DNA of 61,806 nt from a virus (Duplodnaviria; Caudoviricetes): positions 1 through 61,806 of the IMG/VR virus record IMGVR_UViG_3300046479_000013, one strand, 5' to 3'. Under the pieces are notes generated by a model. That model saw only the letters and a program-made list of their open reading frames with translations. It searched no databases and was not told the origin of the DNA. This document shows, piece after piece, positions 1 through 9,061 of this stretch (positions within the stretch are counted from its first letter, which is position 1; each line of letters starts with the position of its first letter). The position numbers were made by a program, and so were the translations under genes.

Positions 1-8
1 TGAGAGAG

Positions 9-206
9 TTGGCCATAAAATGGACTCCCTTCATGCCAATGGGACCGGATGACTTGGATCTGGTTCACTACGTCCAGGTCCTCAACAGAAGCCGGGATAG
101 CAAATGGGTTTTGCACAACCTCCTGAAGCAATTGGCGGAGACGCCATTTGAATCCATTGAGGATCTAGCCAAGCCCCCAGTCTCTGAGATAAAGCGAAAG
201 CCTTGA
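9..206 (+). CDS. hypothetical protein (start uncertain, may begin upstream of window)
   Basis: ORF track; no recognised motif. Confidence 0.4.
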   Translation: MAIKWTPFMPMGPDDLDLVHYVQVLNRSRDSKWVLHNLLKQLAETPFESIEDLAKPPVSEIKRKP

Positions 207-268
207 TCTCAAAACTTTGACCCTGGTTGCTGACAATTAGCGTATAATAAGGTGCAGGGGGTACCATC

Positions 269-502
269 ATGATCCTGCTGAGGAGAACCATGCGTTTCAA
301 TGCCGTCAATGGGAGGGATGTCAGACAGCTAACCATATCCGAATCCGCACTCACCAATACTACATTCTCAGAGATAGACATTCACCTACGGGAGATGTTG
401 ATTGCTCAAGGAGTCCCAGAGGAAGAAGCCTATGGGTACACACTGGAACTCGTAACCCAACCCCATGAGGAAAAATCCCATGCCGAATACAAACCCATTT
501 GA
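269..502 (+). CDS. hypothetical protein
   Basis: ORF; TATAAT and GGGGG upstream; overlaps next gene. Confidence 0.5.
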   Translation: MILLRRTMRFNAVNGRDVRQLTISESALTNTTFSEIDIHLREMLIAQGVPEEEAYGYTLELVTQPHEEKSHAEYKPI

Positions 503-938
503 CTACTTGGCCTGGTTCAAGGTTCAGGTGATCGAGCCCAAGACCCGTGAGGTCTTCTACGAAGTCAACCTACGGGGTGAAGGCACGCTTGACGTCTGCG
601 AAGCTGTGCTCAAACTGCTCTGCATCTGCCCCAACACCGACAACATCATATCTCGCATCGGCCACGAGGAAGAAGGCTGGCGGCTCTACTCCATCAAGGA
701 TTTTGACATCCTGGTGACCGCTGCAGAAGATCCCGTGGACTTCGAGGGTCGGATCGAACTGGCGCTTCAGATCGCCAAAGACATCCTAAACCCTCGCAGG
801 GACACCGACAAAGCCATCCTTCGCTCCTCCCTGCTGGAGATGGTCCGGGCATTGCTTGGCGGCAAACCCAAGACCGGGGAGATCTACGAGATCTCAGAGA
901 CCATCGAATACGGCGAGTTCATGAAGGATCTGCAATGA
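480..938 (+). CDS. hypothetical protein
   Basis: GAGG upstream of ATG 480; ATGA overlap with next gene. Confidence 0.65.
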   Translation: MPNTNPFDYLAWFKVQVIEPKTREVFYEVNLRGEGTLDVCEAVLKLLCICPNTDNIISRIGHEEEGWRLYSIKDFDILVTAAEDPVDFEGRIELALQIAKDILNPRRDTDKAILRSSLLEMVRALLGGKPKTGEIYEISETIEYGEFMKDLQ

Positions 939-1525
939 GCTTGTTCCGGGTCCCAGCCCCAGAGGAATACCTCCGGAAATTCCCGAGAGGGCATTGCTCT
1001 GAGCTCCGGAACCTCTACGTCTACATGCTCCCCGGACTGGGAGATCATCCTGAAGGTACCCCGCTGGAATTCCAAGAGGCCCTCTGTGAGGTCGTGCGTG
1101 GCATGTGGATTCGTCCGCGCATGCGCTACCTCCAAGGGCCTCCAGATGTTCCGGCAACAATCTGTGACTGGTCATACAAGAAGATTCCCGAGGGATCCAT
1201 GCTGGTGGGTATGGGCCTTGGAGGCACGGTGGCTTGTGGACTCCAGGACTACGTTAAGGATCTGATCGTATTTGCCATTAACGCCCCAATGGTGGTTGGG
1301 GACTACCGGGTTCACCCAGCTGGCCTACCAGGTCAGCGAGTGGCCCTTTACAACTCAAATTTGCCAACCCTTGAGGGATCCTCCTCCTGGGCTGGATGCT
1401 GTGACGATCATGCAGATCTGCCTTTTCTTACCCAAGACCTCAAGGGCCATCTGCCCTTCCTGGCTACCCTGATTGCAATCAATCTGAGGGGGCAGAACAT
1501 GCATGAGGCATTGAAGCTTCTGTAA
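935..1525 (+). CDS. alpha/beta-hydrolase-like fold protein, apparently lacking the nucleophile Ser
   Basis: YMLPGLG and LVGMGLGG resemble the oxyanion and nucleophile-elbow motifs, but GxSxG is GMGLG. Confidence 0.45.
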   Translation: MSLFRVPAPEEYLRKFPRGHCSELRNLYVYMLPGLGDHPEGTPLEFQEALCEVVRGMWIRPRMRYLQGPPDVPATICDWSYKKIPEGSMLVGMGLGGTVACGLQDYVKDLIVFAINAPMVVGDYRVHPAGLPGQRVALYNSNLPTLEGSSSWAGCCDDHADLPFLTQDLKGHLPFLATLIAINLRGQNMHEALKLL

Positions 1526-1552
1526 AGCTGAGTAACCTGTCCTGGAGGGTTT

Positions 1553-1756
1553 ATGGACAGGCTACGAATCGGCCTTGCTTTGGCCATATTGGTCCTAGGG
1601 ACGGGGTGTGCCTCGAACCAGGTGATGCGTCAGCGGTTAGGGGATGGCTGTCCTCACCTCATGACGGACACCCATGGAAACACTTACGTGGTTGAACACC
1701 ACTTAGGGGACACCTACCACATCACCCCACTGGAATCCTATCCGGTGCCCAAATGA
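1553..1756 (+). CDS. small putative lipoprotein
   Basis: Basic N-terminus, hydrophobic stretch, lipobox-like LGTGC; GGAGG RBS. Confidence 0.6.
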   Translation: MDRLRIGLALAILVLGTGCASNQVMRQRLGDGCPHLMTDTHGNTYVVEHHLGDTYHITPLESYPVPK

Positions 1757-1901
1757 TGGACGATGATGATCTGTCCATCCTGGGTTGGATTTTCCTTGCT
1801 CTTACGGCGATCACCGTGATCGGTTTATGGGCGCATTATAATCCACACTCCGCTCAGAGAATTCTGGGCATCGTTCAGCAGCTTGCTGACTAGGAGAAGT
1901 C

Positions 1902-3257
1902 ATGGACGTAGTTCGTAAGACAATTCTGAATTTGCTGGCTGAAGGTAACGAGGACATTCGGCGATCAGTGATCAACCAGATCCCCTTTGAGGTCCGAGAC
2001 CTCCTACATAGCTTGCACATGAAGAGCCACAAGAACAATGGCTTCTTCCTGGTCGGTGGCTGCATCCGGGACATGCTCCTGGGTCGCACGCCCAAGGACT
2101 GGGACATGGTGACCACGGAACCCTATGTGGTCAAGGGCCTCTACCCGATGATCGGAAAGGACTTTCCGGTGTGGCAAGTCAAGCTGGTCAATCATGTCGT
2201 GGAACTGGCCTCGGCCCGCACAGAGCGGAAGATCGGAGACGGACATACCGGCTTTGAATGTACCGAGACCAACGACATTAATCAGGACCTGCTCCGGCGG
2301 GACCTCACGATCAACGCCATTGCCTTGAGCGACAGCGGAGATATCTTCTATGCTCCCAATGCGTTGGAAGACCTCAAGGATGGTGTGCTCCGGCATGTCA
2401 CCAAGGCCTTCGCCGAGGATCCTCTGCGAGTGTTCCGGGTGGCCCGGTTCGCGGCCCAGCTGGGTTTCACGGTGCATCCTCACACGACCAGGTTCATGTT
2501 CATGCTGCGTCATGAGCTGAAGACCCTGAGTCCGGATCGAGTCCGGGTGGAACTGGAACGGGCCTTGATGGCTCCCCATCCCAGCCAATTCTTCCGGGTG
2601 CTCAAAGAGGCTCGCTGCTTGGATCACTGGTTCCCCGAAGTGGAGAGCCTGATCGGATCAGAACATAGCCTCAAACATCACCCGGAGGGGGACGCCTTCG
2701 AGCATGTCATGCTGTGCATGGAGACCATGCGCAAGAACCCCTCCTGCACGCTGGATCATATGTTGGCCATCCTGGGCCATGACTTCGGCAAGGGTCTCAC
2801 CGATCCTACGATGTGGCCTAAGCACATAGGTCATGAGCAAGGCGGGATCCCGTTGATCATCAACTTCTGCAACCGTCTGGGCTACGGCAGACAGACGATC
2901 CATCAGATGACCCAGGTGGCTGCCAATCACATGGTGATGCATAAGATCCAAGAACTCCGGCCTAGCACGCTGCGCAAGCTGCTCTTGGACACCCGACGTT
3001 CTGTGTTAGGCATCAAGGGTTTCGGCGATGTGTGTCAGGCTGACCACAATGGTCGGGGTGGTTTTGAGAACTATGAATACAAGAGCACTCAATACCTCCT
3101 GGACGCCATGGAGGCTCTCAAGGCCGTGAAGATCGTTCCGGGTTTGACTCCAACGCAAATTGAACAGACTCAGAACATCACCATGAAAGCCTGGAAGAAC
3201 CAATACCTCAAGGACCCCGAGAACGTACGGGGAACGTGCGTGGAGCACAAACCTTGA
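1902..3257 (+). CDS. cca: multifunctional CCA-adding tRNA nucleotidyltransferase with HD domain
   Basis: LVGGCIRD..DWD, DLLRRDLTINA, EDPLRVFR, HHPEGD, HDFGK motifs. Confidence 0.95.
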   Translation: MDVVRKTILNLLAEGNEDIRRSVINQIPFEVRDLLHSLHMKSHKNNGFFLVGGCIRDMLLGRTPKDWDMVTTEPYVVKGLYPMIGKDFPVWQVKLVNHVVELASARTERKIGDGHTGFECTETNDINQDLLRRDLTINAIALSDSGDIFYAPNALEDLKDGVLRHVTKAFAEDPLRVFRVARFAAQLGFTVHPHTTRFMFMLRHELKTLSPDRVRVELERALMAPHPSQFFRVLKEARCLDHWFPEVESLIGSEHSLKHHPEGDAFEHVMLCMETMRKNPSCTLDHMLAILGHDFGKGLTDPTMWPKHIGHEQGGIPLIINFCNRLGYGRQTIHQMTQVAANHMVMHKIQELRPSTLRKLLLDTRRSVLGIKGFGDVCQADHNGRGGFENYEYKSTQYLLDAMEALKAVKIVPGLTPTQIEQTQNITMKAWKNQYLKDPENVRGTCVEHKP

Positions 3258-3331
3258 TTTGAATCCATAAGCTCTAAACCCTGGGGTTGAGTTCTTCAAC
3301 CCCAGGGTATCGTATACGGGAGGAGAGAAAC

Positions 3332-5773
3332 ATGAAGCTGCAAGCCAGCGGGGTCAAGGTCGAAACCTTTGGGGTTGAGGAGTCCAGCGACTCTGACTTC
3401 ATCATCCACAACAGTGCTATCGCATTCAAGATCCTGAGCTCGGGTCTCTACAGCGATCCTGTCCGTGCCATTCTGCGTGAGTTGGGTACCAATGCCATGG
3501 ACGCGCACATCATGGCCGGGAAGCCTGAACTGCCCTTTAAGATCCACCTGCCCACTCGGTTTGAGTCCTGGTTCTCCATCAAGGATGAAGGCATCGGGAT
3601 GACCGAGGAACAGATCCGCACCAACTACTGTGGCTATTTCGGCTCCACTAAACGCTCCGACAATGCAGTCACTGGATGCTTCGGCCTGGGTAGCAAGAGT
3701 CCCTTCTCCTACACCGAGACCTTCTCAGTCACCAGCGTGATCGACGGTGTCAAGTCGGTCTACACGGCCTATGTGGCACCTGAGGGCAAGCCTAAGGTCA
3801 ACAAGCTCTCCATGGAGGAGACTGAGGAACCCAACAGCGTCGAAGTAATGTTCCCGGTCCGCACTGAGCACATCTGGGACTACACGCAGAAGGCCAAGTC
3901 CGTCTACCGTGATTTCCCGGTGTGGCCTGAGAGCAATGTCCCTCTGGAGTTGGTCCGGGTGGAACATTCACCGGAAGGGACCGCCAAGTATGAAGTGAAG
4001 CTGTTCCGGGACCTGGAAGACGGATCAGATCCCATCGAAGAGATCGAGGAGCATGAGCTCACCTGGGGAATCCGCAAGGGGAACTGGAACAACCCAGTGG
4101 GTGATGGTGTCCGAGTTATCCTTGGGCCGGTTGCCTATCCTCTGGACCAAGCCCAGATAAGCTTCACCCATCCAATGCTGAAGTCCAACCTAGACATCCG
4201 GATCGCCATGGGTGATGTGGAGATGACTCCCAGCCGTGAGAGTCTCAACTACACAGACTTCACCAAGGCCAATCTCAAGAGCGCCTTCGAGGCCATCGGC
4301 AAGAGTATCTCCACTGCCTACCTGACTGAGCTCAACAAGTGCAACAAGCGCATTGAGGCCCTGATCCTCATGAGCCGTTGGAGGAACAACAACCAGCAGC
4401 TGTACAATGTGATCTATGAGGCGGCCAAGGGTTTCGATTTTGAGAAGTTCAAGATCTCCTCTGACAAGATCACCATCAACCAGACGGAGTTCCTGGGTGT
4501 GGGAATCTACGAGCTGGATTATTACCACAATGGCCCCAAGCTGAACCCCAAGACCAACAGCAAGAACGAGCGACTGGAACTCAAGGCCGGTCGCAACTCC
4601 TGGTTGGAGAAGGACAAGGTGTTCCTGATCAGCAAGGAGTTGGTGCTGGTCTACCAGGATGTGCGTAAGGCTGGCTTCAAATCAATGGTCCAACGCGCTA
4701 AGAGCCAAGGGGAATTCGAAGGTAAGGAGCTGCTGATCCTGGTGCCTACTAAAGACGCTGTCATGCAGCCTACTGGGAAGAACAAGTGGATTGAAGACGT
4801 CAATGCCTTCGACGACGCCATGCTCCTGTCAGCTGAGTTTGACACAGAGATCACCCTGGCCTCTGAGTTGTTCGTCAAGTATCCGGCTCCCAAGACCGAG
4901 AAGGGAAAGGTCAAGAGCACCCGCACCAGACTGCTGGAAAAGTCCCACCGGGGTGACGGCTCTGACTTCTGGAAGCTGACCTACGAAGATGTTGAGGACA
5001 CGCTGGCCAACCTTGAAGGGGACACCAAATACTTCTTCTATATCACTGGGTTCTCCGTGGATGATACCATCACCTACAAGGAAGTAACCCAGAAGAACCC
5101 GGACACCGGCCTGGATGAGAAGGTCATGGTCCCCGATGACCAGATTGCGAACAACCAGACCCTTGGGAATATCTTCGAGAAGCTGCAGGAGGCAAAGATC
5201 TTGGAGGCTGATGATGTTCTCTTCGGGGTCAACACCAAGGACAAAGACAAGATCAAGGACGATCCGGAGTGGGTGAATATCTTTGAGTATGCTCGCGAAT
5301 ATCTCGCCAACTCCCTCTCCCAAGAAGACAAGGACCGGCTGGAATTCTCCAAGTCCAAGCACACCGAATCCCTGGTGAGCATCATTGACATTGGCAAGAA
5401 GCAGGTGCTCGAAGGGACCTTGTTCAAGGAGCTCATTGAGCCCTTCACGCCCATTGCCCAGGTGATCAAGGACGCGTATCAAAGTGCATATCAGAGCTGG
5501 CACACCACCACGCAGACCAGGCGCATCCAGAAGCTGAATGATCTCTTCAGTGTCCTCCATGTTCCCCATCCTCCGGTGCGGGAAGCCATCCAGGAAGTGG
5601 TGAGCCAGATCTCAGAAACCTATCCCTGGTTGTTCAGTGGGGTGTTTGAACGCAATGACACCAAAATGATCGAATACATCCTCCTGGTAGACAATGCCGA
5701 AAAGGCAAAGCAGCGTATCCTTCAACTTGAGTCCGATCTTTCCGAAGCTCGTTCCTACGTAGTCCAATCATAA
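3332..5773 (+). CDS. rIIA: rIIA-like protein (N-terminal GHKL ATPase)
   Basis: LSSGLYSD..AILRELGTNAMDAH, DEGIGM, GCFGLGSKSPFSY; directly upstream of rIIB-like gene. Confidence 0.9.
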   Translation: MKLQASGVKVETFGVEESSDSDFIIHNSAIAFKILSSGLYSDPVRAILRELGTNAMDAHIMAGKPELPFKIHLPTRFESWFSIKDEGIGMTEEQIRTNYCGYFGSTKRSDNAVTGCFGLGSKSPFSYTETFSVTSVIDGVKSVYTAYVAPEGKPKVNKLSMEETEEPNSVEVMFPVRTEHIWDYTQKAKSVYRDFPVWPESNVPLELVRVEHSPEGTAKYEVKLFRDLEDGSDPIEEIEEHELTWGIRKGNWNNPVGDGVRVILGPVAYPLDQAQISFTHPMLKSNLDIRIAMGDVEMTPSRESLNYTDFTKANLKSAFEAIGKSISTAYLTELNKCNKRIEALILMSRWRNNNQQLYNVIYEAAKGFDFEKFKISSDKITINQTEFLGVGIYELDYYHNGPKLNPKTNSKNERLELKAGRNSWLEKDKVFLISKELVLVYQDVRKAGFKSMVQRAKSQGEFEGKELLILVPTKDAVMQPTGKNKWIEDVNAFDDAMLLSAEFDTEITLASELFVKYPAPKTEKGKVKSTRTRLLEKSHRGDGSDFWKLTYEDVEDTLANLEGDTKYFFYITGFSVDDTITYKEVTQKNPDTGLDEKVMVPDDQIANNQTLGNIFEKLQEAKILEADDVLFGVNTKDKDKIKDDPEWVNIFEYAREYLANSLSQEDKDRLEFSKSKHTESLVSIIDIGKKQVLEGTLFKELIEPFTPIAQVIKDAYQSAYQSWHTTTQTRRIQKLNDLFSVLHVPHPPVREAIQEVVSQISETYPWLFSGVFERNDTKMIEYILLVDNAEKAKQRILQLESDLSEARSYVVQS

Positions 5774-5784
5774 AGGAGCCACCA

Positions 5785-7110
5785 ATGGGCGCACCTTCAA
5801 TCATCAAGGCCGGTAACACCCTTACCGTCCACTTCCTCGGCAAGAAGATCTTCGCCGTCACGGACAGCGTCAAGAACTGGAAGAAGATCCTGGAGACCAT
5901 CAAGGCCAAGGACTGGGACGAACTGCTGCTCCAGCTGGACCTGACCCAGGCCGTGGCCACCAAGAGCAAGGGCCGTGCGGAGATCATCAAGGACCAGGTG
6001 TTCCTGGACGGTCGGCCCGTGAAGAACGCCGTGTCCGAGCGGATCCTCGAGATGGTCATGGACGACTGGGACTTCAACCCGCTGCTCCGCTTCCTCGAGA
6101 ACTCCTACGCCAACCCGGCTCCCTGGGCGGTGAATGAGCTGTTCTTGTTCCTGGAGACCAACAAGCTCCCCATCACCGAGGACGGGTGCTTCCTGGCCTA
6201 CAAGGTCGTCAACCACGACTACACCGACTGCTACACCAGCAAGATCGACAACTCCATCGGCCAGGTGGTCACCATGGAGCGCCAGTCCGTGGACGCTGTC
6301 CGTGATCGAACCTGCAGCTATGGCCTCCACTTCTGCAGCTACGAATACATCAAAAGCTTCTCCAGCTGGTACAACGACAAGAAGCCTCGGCTCATGCTGG
6401 TGAAGATCAACCCAGTGGATGTGGTCTCCATCCCCAGCGACTACAGCAACACCAAGGGCCGGTGCTGCAAGTACGAAGTGATCGATGAAGTGGACATCAA
6501 CACCCGTGAGTCCCACAATGCCTCCGCTCCTCCAGTGGTCGACCTGCGGCCTCTGGAAGGTCCCACCGGGAAGCCCACCCCGGCTCCTGCTGGCCCGGTG
6601 CTCAACATCGACATGATCATCGACATGCTCGTCGAGGAGATGAAGAATGCTCATCTCGACACTTCCATCAATCCAAGCTTCTCCTTCAACTACTACGGGG
6701 ACTCCATCGACCTCGAAGAGATCCTCACTGCCCTGGACCTCAAGCTCGAGACCGAACTGGCGGGTGCCGACTGGCCGGAAGACATCGAGGATCGCTCCCT
6801 GGACACCCTGGCCGAATGGATCCTGGAACAGAAGCTGGCCGGTCCGGTGGACATCAAGAAGGGAGATGTCTCTGAGGACGACTACAGCTTCGAGGGCCTG
6901 TGCAAGCACTTCAACGTCTCCAAGAACGCTTCCGGCACCGCGCTCAAGGGTCTGCGGGAAGGCCTGAGCATCACTGGACAGGCCCTGGCTGACAAACTGG
7001 ATCGCAGTCGCTCCTCCGTGTGGTCCTTCGAGAACTCCCTCAATCCCAAGCAGGAGACCATCCACGCCGTGCTCACCGCCCTGCGGGATCTGGAGAAGGC
7101 CGAAGAGTAA
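5785..7110 (+). CDS. rIIB: rIIB-like protein with C-terminal ACP-like and XRE-HTH-like extensions
   Basis: LPITEDGCFLAYK, CSYGLHF, VKINPVDVVSIPSDY..KGRCCKY; AAGGAG RBS. Confidence 0.9.
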   Translation: MGAPSIIKAGNTLTVHFLGKKIFAVTDSVKNWKKILETIKAKDWDELLLQLDLTQAVATKSKGRAEIIKDQVFLDGRPVKNAVSERILEMVMDDWDFNPLLRFLENSYANPAPWAVNELFLFLETNKLPITEDGCFLAYKVVNHDYTDCYTSKIDNSIGQVVTMERQSVDAVRDRTCSYGLHFCSYEYIKSFSSWYNDKKPRLMLVKINPVDVVSIPSDYSNTKGRCCKYEVIDEVDINTRESHNASAPPVVDLRPLEGPTGKPTPAPAGPVLNIDMIIDMLVEEMKNAHLDTSINPSFSFNYYGDSIDLEEILTALDLKLETELAGADWPEDIEDRSLDTLAEWILEQKLAGPVDIKKGDVSEDDYSFEGLCKHFNVSKNASGTALKGLREGLSITGQALADKLDRSRSSVWSFENSLNPKQETIHAVLTALRDLEKAEE

Positions 7111-7130
7111 TCCCTACTAGCTCTTCATAT

Positions 7131-7160
7131 AAGCCCGGTCCTCGGATCGGGCTTTGTTTT
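7131..7160 (+). terminator. intrinsic terminator after rIIB
   Basis: AAGCCCGGTC/GATCGGGCTT hairpin followed by T-rich tract. Confidence 0.75.
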
Positions 7161-7203
7161 GTCTTGAAACCAAGTAACCTCTCTTACACCCCTAGGAGGT
7201 TAT

Positions 7204-7482
7204 ATGTGGATTGTAATTGTTGTTGCGGCCCTGCTGGGCCTTGGTCTGTGGCTCAAGTACGGCGGTAAGGTCAAGCAGGAAGAGGCTGTGGTGGTAGCGG
7301 ATGTCACCACTGACGTCAAGGATGTGACCAATGTGGTTACCCCCATCGTCGCTGATGTGACCAAGGACGTAGCCGAAGTGACCACCGACGTCAAGGACAT
7401 CACCGAAGTTGTGACCCCGGTTGTGGCTGACGTGACCAAGGATGTCACCGCTGTGGTTGACGATGTGAAGGGCAAGGTCTAA
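7204..7482 (+). CDS. small membrane-anchored protein with V-A-D-V-T-K-D-V repeats
   Basis: N-terminal TM helix, ~29-aa internal duplication; AGGAGG RBS. Confidence 0.75.
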   Translation: MWIVIVVAALLGLGLWLKYGGKVKQEEAVVVADVTTDVKDVTNVVTPIVADVTKDVAEVTTDVKDITEVVTPVVADVTKDVTAVVDDVKGKV

Positions 7483-7510
7483 CCCCTGCGCTCAACCTAG
7501 ACCAAGAACG

Positions 7511-7530
7511 AGGCCCCCAATTGGGGGCCT
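7511..7530. terminator. hairpin terminator between convergent genes
   Basis: AGGCCCCCAA/TTGGGGGCCT inverted repeat. Confidence 0.65.
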
Positions 7531-7535
7531 TAGTT

Positions 7536-9059
7536 TTAGCCTCCACCACCGTTGTTACCTGGCAAGGGGAAAGTGGCATTCCCGATTGCAATCCCAGAGA
7601 CCAACCCTGTGGGGGCTGTGACGTTAGGAACTTGGAATTGACCATAGTTGATGAAATCCAGGAGCATCAAGACGCCGTTGCTCATCAGAACGTAGCGATA
7701 CTGTTCATCTCCGGTATCTCCCCAATAGGAGAAAGTGAAAGAGGGGGTGAGGGTGACTAGACTTGGATCAACCAGCTGATACCAGGAACTCCCATCTCGG
7801 CTGATAAGGATTTGGTTCCCATCAGCCGTATCTCCATTTGTATCAGAAATGTAGAAGTTGTCTGAGACCATCACTCGCATGGAGTCATCACCACTTGAAA
7901 ATACAGCTTGCTGATTGATCTGACCCACCCCGATGATGGTGTTGACGGCCTGAGCTTGATATCCTGGGAAACTCTTGCTGGAAGGAAGAAGTGGATATAC
8001 GGTGGCATTGTAAGGACCGGAGGGAACCTCTCCCCCACTCATGAATGTCAAGGTTAATGCAGTATCAGGGTCTGCTGCTAAGAAGGGGCCATAGGTGTTA
8101 TTTCCACTATAGAAGTTGCGATTGACAAACACCCCAAGGGGATCATTGGTTCCGGGAACTACACCACTAGCGACTGTGGACATTTCTCCATGCTGCTGAT
8201 TCCAATTGTTATAGTCAGAAGCAAATACGATTCTTCTCTGTTGATTGGTGGTCTCTTGGACTTCGAATCCGCAATACTCTGCCCCACTACTGAACCCATT
8301 GAAATATTGGGGGTTACTCATATTGCTTGTTTGCAGATAGGGAGTCCCTGGGATGAAATGCTCAAAAGCATTCTTTCGACCATCCCAATTACAATTCTGA
8401 GGGTTGCACTGTTGTGGTGTGCTAGAGCCACCATTCCAATACCAAATATTATTGCTAGAATCCAAGAAAACGAATACACCAGAACCATAGTCATAATAGG
8501 TTTCAGGACCACCCAGGGTTGGAATTGGATCCCCAAAGCCAGGGGTCATATCTGTCCAAACCGCTGTAGGAGCAGCATCGGGGGAAGTATAGAATTTAAA
8601 ATTCCCATCCGACCCGGAGACCATCACAGACAGGCCGGGATAACCCAAACCTGTAGCTGCTCCTAAGATGGTTTCTCCAGAGACAGTGGTGACCTGGGAA
8701 CGAACAAAGGTGGTTTTGCTAGTGGGGAGGAAGATACTCTGCTCATCCTCGGAAATGATAGCACTACCATCCCGGACGGGTAAAAGACCTCCAGTCCAAG
8801 GGGTTACTCCATCTGTGTCAAACACACTGGCAACCGTTAGAGCAGAGAGATTGTTCGAAGGGGAAAGGTTGTTGAAGTAATTTTGATAGTTACTTCCCTG
8901 ATACCAAGTCCCATCGGTGGGAAGCCAACCAGCCGGAAGAGGCATGTCCTTGGGGAAGCTCATCACTGCCCCCAAGGGGAGCATACCCACTCCGGATGTG
9001 TAGGCTTGAGATAGAAGAGCTACTCTATTGAATAGCCACATGGATTCAGCACTGAACAT
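7536..9059 (-). CDS. tail fibre / tail-collar domain protein
   Basis: LPLGAVMSF...PAGWLPTDG collar-like motif; beta-rich; follows long fibre gene. Confidence 0.7.
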   Translation of the reverse strand: MFSAESMWLFNRVALLSQAYTSGVGMLPLGAVMSFPKDMPLPAGWLPTDGTWYQGSNYQNYFNNLSPSNNLSALTVASVFDTDGVTPWTGGLLPVRDGSAIISEDEQSIFLPTSKTTFVRSQVTTVSGETILGAATGLGYPGLSVMVSGSDGNFKFYTSPDAAPTAVWTDMTPGFGDPIPTLGGPETYYDYGSGVFVFLDSSNNIWYWNGGSSTPQQCNPQNCNWDGRKNAFEHFIPGTPYLQTSNMSNPQYFNGFSSGAEYCGFEVQETTNQQRRIVFASDYNNWNQQHGEMSTVASGVVPGTNDPLGVFVNRNFYSGNNTYGPFLAADPDTALTLTFMSGGEVPSGPYNATVYPLLPSSKSFPGYQAQAVNTIIGVGQINQQAVFSSGDDSMRVMVSDNFYISDTNGDTADGNQILISRDGSSWYQLVDPSLVTLTPSFTFSYWGDTGDEQYRYVLMSNGVLMLLDFINYGQFQVPNVTAPTGLVSGIAIGNATFPLPGNNGGGG

Positions 9060-9061
9060 AT

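Noticed and set aside
5797-7065. 422-aa minus-strand ORF opposite rIIB
   Set aside because: Antisense shadow caused by the C/G-ending codon bias of the real gene; no motif or RBS.
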